DNA of 64,000 bases from a virus (Duplodnaviria > Caudoviricetes), in the IMG/VR virus record IMGVR_UViG_2595698868_000001, positions 128,001 to 192,000 of that record; one strand, given 5' to 3'. A program made the position numbers and the translations under genes. The stretch's first letter is position 1. Every line of letters starts with the position of its first letter. This document shows positions 1 through 6,070 of the stretch, piece after piece. Below the pieces are notes generated by a model. That model was not told where the DNA came from and searched no databases. It saw only the letters and a list, made by a program, of their open reading frames with translations.

Positions 1-20
1 AGTCGGTGACAGGCAGGCCG

Positions 21-800
21 TCACTGAATCTTGCCGGGCCACACCTTGTCCGCGTAGTGAAGCAACTTCTCGACGAACGACTGCTTGGCCGATCCGGAGA
101 CGAAGAACGTCATCCCCGTCGGCCAGCCCGAGGGCAGCCCCAGGAACTGGAGCGGTGCATCCATCATCGTGAAGTGGTGGGCGACGAAGGAAGCGATCTC
201 GTTCCACGCCAGCGCATAGGTATGCTCACCGAACCGGCGCTGGTTGTTCTCGTCGTAGAAGCCGAGGCCCAGGCGAATCTTGTTCAGGCCCGCATCGAAG
301 GCCATCCAAACGAAGCGGCCGTCGGTGAGGTTCGCGTCTTCGACTTCCCAATCCAGAGGATGCGGAAAGACCGCGAGCTTGACGTCGCGGAGCGCGGCGG
401 CGAACTTCCGACGGAAGCCTTCCTGATCCAGGCGCGTGGTATCTTGAGCGACGAGGTACTGACCCACGTACAGCGGGATGTACTGATGAGTCAGCAATTG
501 CTCGTGGAAGTTGACGTCCATCGTCGAGGAGAACGGATGGATGCGCGGACGCTTCTCGTCCACGAGTTCGAACCCGCCTCCGTTTTCGAGCCATTCGGCC
601 AGCGGCTCGATATGGAACTCGTGGACGTTAGGGCCGGCGATGTGGGCGCGCTGAAGGCCGGTCTTGGTTTCGTTGCCGAAGCCGATCTGGATGTGATTGG
701 CCTCGGTGAAGTGGAGAGCGTAGATGAAGGAGATGGAGACGCGAGCCGATTGGATCAGCACGCGCTCGTAGCCGTCGAGGATATCGCTCACAGGCGCCAC
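21..800 (-). CDS. hypothetical protein
   Basis: 259-aa ORF overlapping the A1 gene end, phage-like codon usage; no motif recognised. Confidence 0.7.
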   Translation of the reverse strand: MAPVSDILDGYERVLIQSARVSISFIYALHFTEANHIQIGFGNETKTGLQRAHIAGPNVHEFHIEPLAEWLENGGGFELVDEKRPRIHPFSSTMDVNFHEQLLTHQYIPLYVGQYLVAQDTTRLDQEGFRRKFAAALRDVKLAVFPHPLDWEVEDANLTDGRFVWMAFDAGLNKIRLGLGFYDENNQRRFGEHTYALAWNEIASFVAHHFTMMDAPLQFLGLPSGWPTGMTFFVSGSAKQSFVEKLLHYADKVWPGKIQ

Positions 801-2620
801 TTTCCGTTGTTCATGGTGAGGATCGCACGCTTCCCGTTCTGATAGGTAATGACATGCGATTGCGACCAGGACGACAGGCCCTTGTTGTAGCCCATGTCCA
901 GCTTAGACGAGGTGCCCGAGGTATAGATGCCGTCGTGGATTTCGCACGAGTGGGTATGTCCAGTCGTCGCCTTCGGCCCCATCTTGGTGAAGGCTCGCGG
1001 ATTGCCACGGGCGCCGTTAGCGCCCAGGTGTCCGTGCATGCCCTTCTCGATGTCCAGGACCCGGAACGACTGATCTTCGCGAAGGAACTCGACGCCGGCG
1101 CAAGGCGTCTTTTCGAAGAACGTCGTCAGGACGTGGTTGAAGATCGAGAACTTCTTGGCCTTCTCGGCGATCTCGGGATCGCTGCTCTTCTTGTCGCGGA
1201 TCGCCTTGTAGGAGGCCAGTTGGCATTCCAGGAAAAAGATCGCGTTGGGAGGGTCTTGACGGTAGTCGGCTTCCTTGAGCCAGCGCTTCAGCGCCAGATC
1301 GTGGTTCGACTCGACGATCACCGTCTGGCAGAAGTCACGCTTCGTGTTGTCGATGAAGTAGGCGACCTCACGCAGTTCTTCTTCCACCAAGTCCACACCT
1401 TCGATGAACAACTCGAACATGTGGTGGGCGTCGCGGATGTTGTGGTGGTTGCGCGACTGGAAGTCGGCGACGTCGTGGAAGAACTGGTACTTAGGGCGCA
1501 GCACGTCAATCAGAGGCGTCTCCGCCAAACGTGACTCTCGCATGTCGATCCAGACGCGCGAGCCGTTCAGACCGACTTGCTCGGTCGGCGCGATACCGAA
1601 GCAGGTCTCGCTGACAACCGGGTCGATCTGTGCGACGTGCAGGTCGCCCCAATTCACCGCTTCGATGCGGTGACCGTGAGTGACCTCCGCGACGTTCTTG
1701 TACTCCAGGTAGTCGTCCGGGAACGACATACGCTCGTAGCTGCCGTCCGCGAAGGCTTCCCAATACCGGCTAGTCGCTTCGCGCTTCTCGGCGCGGCGCT
1801 CTTCGCGCTCTTCCTCGGTCAGCGGCGCCTTGTGCATCTCAACACGGGTGTCGAGGTCGTAGAAGGAGCCGTCGGCTTCGCCCAGGAGGTGACGACAGAA
1901 GAACGTACCGTCTGCCGCGATCTCGACCAGCACCGCGCCCAGGGCGTGGTGGAACGAAGCTTCGATGCCGGCGCGCATCGGAATGTAGTTAGGCTTGGTG
2001 ACCGCGCCGGTGGTCATGATGATCTTCGCCGGCTCGTGCTTCATGGTCGGCACGGACTTCAACTGCACCTTGGCGTGGGGAATGATGCCCCAGCGGTGGC
2101 GCGTGTAGGTCTCGAAGCCTTGAAGCGGCGACTTCGCGGTCGGACGCGTGTTCATCTCGCCGCAGAAGTCGATGCCGTCGCCCAGGCGGATGCGCTCCTG
2201 GACACGGTACTGGTTGATCCAGGGATGCCAGTACGGCACCTTCTTGGGATCGTTGTTACCGAAGAGGCGCTTGCTGTAGGTGAAGCCGGCGACGATCAGT
2301 TCGCAGGGGCCGAGCGCCTGAAGGCTGTCGCGGTAGGCTTCCAGCGCCGCCAGGAACTCGTAGTGGAGTTCGGTGCTCTCCTGGGCCGACGTCAGGATGA
2401 AGCGCGCCACCGGTTCGCTGATTTGGCGGACCGTGGTCGACGGCGCTGGGCGATGGGTGAAGCCGCCCTCGGCCGCCTTCGCCAGACGCAGTTGAAGGGT
2501 AGAGCGCGGCACGCCATACTTGCGAGAGAAGGCGCGCTGCCCGCCGATCTTGTTGACCAGTTCGGCCAGCTTGTCGGGGGTGACCGAATCAAGGTCGAAG
2601 GTCGGGGACTTAGCCGGCAT
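788..2620 (-). CDS. A1: T5 A1-like protein (N-terminal HTH + calcineurin-like metallophosphoesterase/nuclease domain)
   Basis: RFILTSAQ, WGDLH, QFFHDVADFQSRNHH, IVESNHDLAL, HGHLGANG, GHTHS, LDMGYN..SSWS motifs recalled from T5 A1. Confidence 0.88.
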   Translation of the reverse strand: MPAKSPTFDLDSVTPDKLAELVNKIGGQRAFSRKYGVPRSTLQLRLAKAAEGGFTHRPAPSTTVRQISEPVARFILTSAQESTELHYEFLAALEAYRDSLQALGPCELIVAGFTYSKRLFGNNDPKKVPYWHPWINQYRVQERIRLGDGIDFCGEMNTRPTAKSPLQGFETYTRHRWGIIPHAKVQLKSVPTMKHEPAKIIMTTGAVTKPNYIPMRAGIEASFHHALGAVLVEIAADGTFFCRHLLGEADGSFYDLDTRVEMHKAPLTEEEREERRAEKREATSRYWEAFADGSYERMSFPDDYLEYKNVAEVTHGHRIEAVNWGDLHVAQIDPVVSETCFGIAPTEQVGLNGSRVWIDMRESRLAETPLIDVLRPKYQFFHDVADFQSRNHHNIRDAHHMFELFIEGVDLVEEELREVAYFIDNTKRDFCQTVIVESNHDLALKRWLKEADYRQDPPNAIFFLECQLASYKAIRDKKSSDPEIAEKAKKFSIFNHVLTTFFEKTPCAGVEFLREDQSFRVLDIEKGMHGHLGANGARGNPRAFTKMGPKATTGHTHSCEIHDGIYTSGTSSKLDMGYNKGLSSWSQSHVITYQNGKRAILTMNNGKWRL

Positions 2621-3329
2621 AGAACATCTCAGCCTTGGCGTGGGGAAGCGTCTGAGCCTTCTGCCAGTCCCACACGTAGAACGCGTAGGAGAAGCGCGGG
2701 CTCGCGGACTTTTCGCCTTCCTTCTTCTCGACCCAGACCGGGCGGAAGCGCAGGGTGATCTTGGCGGCGAAGGCGGGGTGGTCGATCAGGTCGGCGCGCC
2801 CCTTGGCGGCGTCCCATTCGTGGCGCATCAGGAAGGCGACGTAGCCGTGCTGCGCTTCCATCAGTTCGAGGGCCTTGCGGACCGCGCGATCGGTATCCTT
2901 GCCGTAGGGCGGGTTGGAGATGATGCAGTCAGGCGTGAAGCCTAGCATCTCGGTGATCTCCGAGAACGGGCGCGGGCGGACCGGTGCAGGCTCGGCACCC
3001 AGCCAGACGCCGTCGTCGCCAGTGTTCTTGTCGATCAGACGCTCCCACGCAGCCAAGGCGCTGTCGAACGCCTCGCCATCCGGGTAGATGCTGAAAAAGT
3101 CGACCAGCCCATGGAGGTCCAGACCATCGTATTGGACGATGTCCGTGGCGCCGGCGGAACGGCAGTAATTCTTGATGATGTGGTAGATGGCACCGTTACC
3201 TGCGAACGGTTCCCAGAATTGCATCGCCTCCAGATCGTCCTCGACGACCGAGACGTACGCATTCGTCGCTCGGGCCGGGGTGGGATAATGATCAAGGGGA
3301 GCACGCGCGTAGTTCGTGCCGCCCAGCAT
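2610..3329 (-). CDS. amino (N6-A/N4-C) DNA methyltransferase
   Basis: DHYPTP, WEPFAGNG (motif I), IISNPPY (motif IV); start chosen at ATG 3329. Confidence 0.85.
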   Translation of the reverse strand: MLGGTNYARAPLDHYPTPARATNAYVSVVEDDLEAMQFWEPFAGNGAIYHIIKNYCRSAGATDIVQYDGLDLHGLVDFFSIYPDGEAFDSALAAWERLIDKNTGDDGVWLGAEPAPVRPRPFSEITEMLGFTPDCIISNPPYGKDTDRAVRKALELMEAQHGYVAFLMRHEWDAAKGRADLIDHPAFAAKITLRFRPVWVEKKEGEKSASPRFSYAFYVWDWQKAQTLPHAKAEMFYAG

Positions 3330-3674
3330 GGAAGGGTCCTTACGACCCGTGTCGGTGATAGCCATGCCGGGATAACTGGCATGGTTAACCGAAAGCGTCA
3401 AGAATCCTGGCATTTCTCTCCAGGCTTGACCGTTACGGCCCTTACGGATAGGGAATAATCAACCGAGGCGGGTCCACCACACCAACCGCGCGCCTCACGC
3501 TCTGCGCGCGAATTTGACCGTAACTCGAAGTGGCCGGACGCCTCAGGTGGAGGAGGCTAAGGCAATGGGCGAAGGACGGGTGCGGCGAGCGTATAATTGA
3601 GGCCGGCTGAAGTTAGCTGGGAATGTAGGTGTCCTGCCACCGTTCCCACGATGCGCGGAATCGACAGGTCCGTG

Positions 3675-3733
3675 TGACGCGAACGCCGGCCGAGAATAGA
3701 CGACAAGGCGTGACGCCCGGAGAGAGTGCCGGA
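3675..3733 (+). repeat. structured RNA motif copy 1 (TGACGCGAACGCC..GGCGTGAC + GAGAG hairpin)
   Basis: Direct repeat shared with 3900 and 4155. Confidence 0.8.
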
Positions 3734-3899
3734 CTTCTTGACACGAAGAACTAGATCGTAGACACCTTGGGCCGACTAGGGGACCTGGGGTGGTGCGAAT
3801 GGGCTTCCACCTACAGTCATCTGGCAGCCTCTGGGACCCCAGGCTGTCAGGCTCAACGGTGATGAGATGCCAACGGCTGGCTGGAATGCCGATATCACC

Positions 3900-3956
3900 T
3901 GACGCGAACGCCGGCCGAGACGATACGACCAGGGCGTGACGGGGGCCAGAGGCCTC
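3900..3956 (+). repeat. structured RNA motif copy 2
   Basis: TGACGCGAACGCCGGCCGAGACGATACGACCAGGGCGTGACGGGGGCCAGAGGCC. Confidence 0.85.
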
Positions 3957-4154
3957 AATCCATTACTTGACCGGCGCCGGGAGTTCTGGCATCCAGGCTG
4001 TGATGTCTCAGGAGCCTCCGTTCCTGAGGGACCTATTCAGGCGATCGTGACCGTCTCAAGGGTGCTGTCCTGCGAGAAGATCGTGAGCCCGCGTATGAGA
4101 CGTCATTTACGCGCGGGACACCCATGGTGGAAGGGAGCCGCTATGTGGCCCACC

Positions 4155-4208
4155 TGACGCGAACGCCGGCCGAAAAGTACGATCAGGCGTGACGGGGGCC
4201 AGAGGCCC
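4155..4208 (+). repeat. structured RNA motif copy 3
   Basis: TGACGCGAACGCCGGCCGAAAAGTACGATCAGGCGTGACGGGGGCCAGAGGCC. Confidence 0.85.
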
Positions 4209-4215
4209 TACACCT

Positions 4216-4302
4216 GCTACGGTGGACTGAGTGGTAAGGCGTGGGACTGCAAATCCCGCTGGCGAAAGCCTATCGTGGGTTCGATTCCCACTCGTAGCTC
4301 CA
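4216..4302 (+). tRNA. tRNA with GCA (Cys) anticodon and long variable arm
   Basis: Acceptor GCTACGG/TCGTAGC, U73, encoded CCA, anticodon arm GGGA-CTGCAAA-TCCC, T-arm GTGGG-TTCGATT-CCCAC. Confidence 0.88.
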
Positions 4303-4331
4303 AAATTCCTGACATTTTTCTGCCAGCCTGC

Positions 4332-4360
4332 TTGACAAGCCGAAAAGCGTCCGGTACACA
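4332..4360 (+). promoter_or_regulatory. sigma70-like promoter of tmRNA
   Basis: TTGACA at 4332 with a TACACA -10-like hexamer ~17 nt downstream. Confidence 0.55.
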
Positions 4361-4364
4361 CCTC

Positions 4365-4710
4365 TCATCGTCGTAATACGGCATACACGATTGGCGGCAA
4401 GACAGGGGTGCGATTCCCCTCGCCTCCACCAAGACCCCACCGGCCGGTGCTTCGGCGCCGCGATCTGCCCCAGCGACAGATCGAAATCTGAACGGTGCGG
4501 TGGGGTCCTGATGGGGGCGATCAGTTTCGATTGGCGCTGTGACTGGAAGACGCGACGTAGGGTGACCTCCTGGCTTAGGCTTCGGCCGAGGTAATTGGGT
4601 CAACGCTGACAAATGTCAACGACAACGACGCTCCCGTGATGGAGCAACTGCTGGCGGCCTAACGGCCTAAAGCGGCGCCCGGCGGGGGCGTGTCAACAGA
4701 ACCCCGCCAC
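4365..4710 (+). ncRNA. ssrA: two-piece (circularly permuted) tmRNA
   Basis: Acceptor piece ends T-arm + CGCCTCC-ACCA at 4431; intervening hairpin 4432-4512; coding piece starts GGGGGCG at 4513 (G3:U70 Ala determinant); tag ORF 4615-4662 VNDNDAPVMEQLLAA*; outer ends approximate. Confidence 0.92.
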
Positions 4711-4800
4711 CCTGCTTCCGCAGCCGGAGGCGACGACAACTAACGGCATGATCTGTCGGCAACCGATCAACCAGTTTTCGTCTCCGGCTTCGCAAGTAGG
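4711..4800 (+). ncRNA. ~90-nt long hairpin RNA of unknown family
   Basis: CCTGCTT/AAGTAGG and AGCCGGAGGCGA/TCGTCTCCGGCT pairings. Confidence 0.45.
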
Positions 4801-4891
4801 TTTGGGGAGTAGTCCTCCGAGGGATCGGAGTATAACGCTCTCCGGGGAGGCGCCTGGGACCATCCAGCCCAGACCGTCTCCCGAATTTTAT

Positions 4892-4954
4892 GCCGGGGAT
4901 AGGGTGGTCGCTCGCCCTAAACAGTTCGGGTAAGCTCCGACTGCCCCGGCTCCA
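4892..4954 (+). ncRNA. mini tRNA-like RNA ending in CCA
   Basis: Perfect 7-bp GCCGGGG/CCCCGGC stem + T + CCA enclosing only two hairpins. Confidence 0.5.
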
Positions 4955-4961
4955 AGTTTGA

Positions 4962-5038
4962 TGCGGGGTGGAGCAGTCCGGTAGCTCGTTTGGCTCATAA
5001 CCAAAAGGTCGAGGGTTCAAATCCCTCCCCCGCATCCA
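4962..5038 (+). tRNA. tRNA-Met (CAT), initiator-like body
   Basis: TGCGGGGTGGAGCAGTCCGGTAGCTCG..CTCATAA..GGTTCAAATCC..CCCCGCA-T-CCA. Confidence 0.92.
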
Positions 5039-5162
5039 CAAGCTGAAGCTCCGATGGCGGTCCTAGGCCGCAGCTTTACCCGGTCCCACGTCGGACAAGG
5101 CCGGGGTCTAGGTGGTGAGATATGATCGACGCCGGCGGAGCGCCAAGCCACCTTCCGCCACC

Positions 5163-5273
5163 AACGCCGTGTGCGTGACAAGCCTGGAGAGAACGGGCAC
5201 TCCAATCCGGGGTATGAGGCCGGATGTAGCGAACGCCAGCGAGATCGGCGTGACTGGTGGGGGAGAGGACCCA
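5163..5273 (+). repeat. structured RNA motif copies 4 and 5 (diverged)
   Basis: AACGC-CGTGT-GCGTGAC..GGAGAG hairpin (5163-5199); GCGAACGCC-AGCGAGATC-GGCGTGAC..GGAGAG hairpin (5229-5273). Confidence 0.6.
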
Positions 5274-5274
5274 C

Positions 5275-5374
5275 GCTGATTTCGATGAACGCATTCGGCG
5301 ATGTCGGCTTTCTCCATGGAGCCGCCGCCTGAGGCAGGAGCTACTGCCTCCGTCATGCGTTCTGCCAAATCAGC
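5275..5374 (+). ncRNA. ~100-nt branched RNA closed by a terminal stem
   Basis: GCTGATTT/AAATCAGC and GAACGCAT/ATGCGTTC stems enclosing two hairpins. Confidence 0.45.
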
Positions 5375-5536
5375 TTCGTCGCGGGGGTTCGATTCCCCAA
5401 GTTCGCGCCTCCTAGGGCGTAGGGCTGCATGGGACACCGACGGATAAACGGGAGTTGCCGGTTCGAGTCCGGCCTGGGCGGGGACTAGGAAACCCGGCCG
5501 GTGGAGGTAACTGGAGAACCTCGTCCGACCTATTTT

Positions 5537-5623
5537 GGTGTGGTGGCTCGACAGGTAAGGCGCCGGCCTCATAAGCCGGAGGGCGAAAGTCCTATGTAGG
5601 TTCGAATCCTACTCACACCTCCA
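5537..5623 (+). tRNA. tRNA with CAT anticodon (Met/Ile2) and long variable arm
   Basis: Acceptor GGTGTGG/TCACACC, U73, CCA; anticodon arm CCGGC-CTCATAA-GCCGG; variable arm GGGCGAAAGTCC; T-arm GTAGG-TTCGAAT-CCTAC. Confidence 0.88.
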
Positions 5624-5710
5624 ACTATGCGACGCCCCAGCGTCCGGACGACTCCCTGGCCGGTAACCACTCCGTCACAGGGACTCCCAGCCGGGGATAG
5701 CATGCCGAGG

Positions 5711-5749
5711 ACGGAAGGCGCACGCCGTGACTGCCGGGAGAGTACGGTA
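5711..5749 (+). repeat. structured RNA motif copy 6 (diverged)
   Basis: ACGG-AAGGCGCACG-CCGTGAC-TGCCG-GGAGAGTA-CGGTA; compensatory change in the central stem. Confidence 0.5.
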
Positions 5750-5820
5750 TCGAGTGAAAGCCGTGAGGCAGACCCTAGTGGCTCGACGGGGGACGTGAGG
5801 TGGAAGCCCTCACACCTTCC

Positions 5821-6069
5821 TCAATTGAACAGAAGCTGCTTGCTGTCGGGCCGGAACTGTACGCCGAGTTCGACCAGGATGCGCTTGATCGTGGCGTAGA
5901 AGTTCAACACCGCGCGGTGATCCGAGATGGATGCGCCTGTCACCAATGTGCGGGTCTTCCCCTCGTGCTGAACACGAATCTTGCAGTGCTTGTTGCGCTC
6001 GACCTCGAACGCCACATCGTGGTGCTTGAGGATGCGTTTCGCCATTTCTACGGTGTCTCGGCCAGCCAT
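5821..6069 (-). CDS. HicA-like (dsRBD-fold) small protein
   Basis: 82 aa from ATG 6069; NKHCKIR..TLVTGASISDHRAVLN pattern typical of phage HicA-like proteins. Confidence 0.55.
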   Translation of the reverse strand: MAGRDTVEMAKRILKHHDVAFEVERNKHCKIRVQHEGKTRTLVTGASISDHRAVLNFYATIKRILVELGVQFRPDSKQLLFN

Positions 6070-6070
6070 G

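Noticed and set aside
3530-3600. RNase P RNA-like phrase (GAGGA..GGGTGCGG)
   Set aside because: Universal GAGGAAAGUCC and AACAGAA/P4 elements are absent
3899-3945. Hammerhead ribozyme reading of CTGACGCGA..GAC
   Set aside because: Core is not CUGANGA and the required GAAA after stem II is missing
3675-4208. CRISPR array interpretation of the three repeats
   Set aside because: Repeats ~55 nt and imperfect, spacers 170-200 nt with promoter-like hexamers, no cas genes in the window
3776-5899. Short ORFs called across the RNA island
   Set aside because: They overlap tRNA/tmRNA genes and lack phage codon bias or RBS
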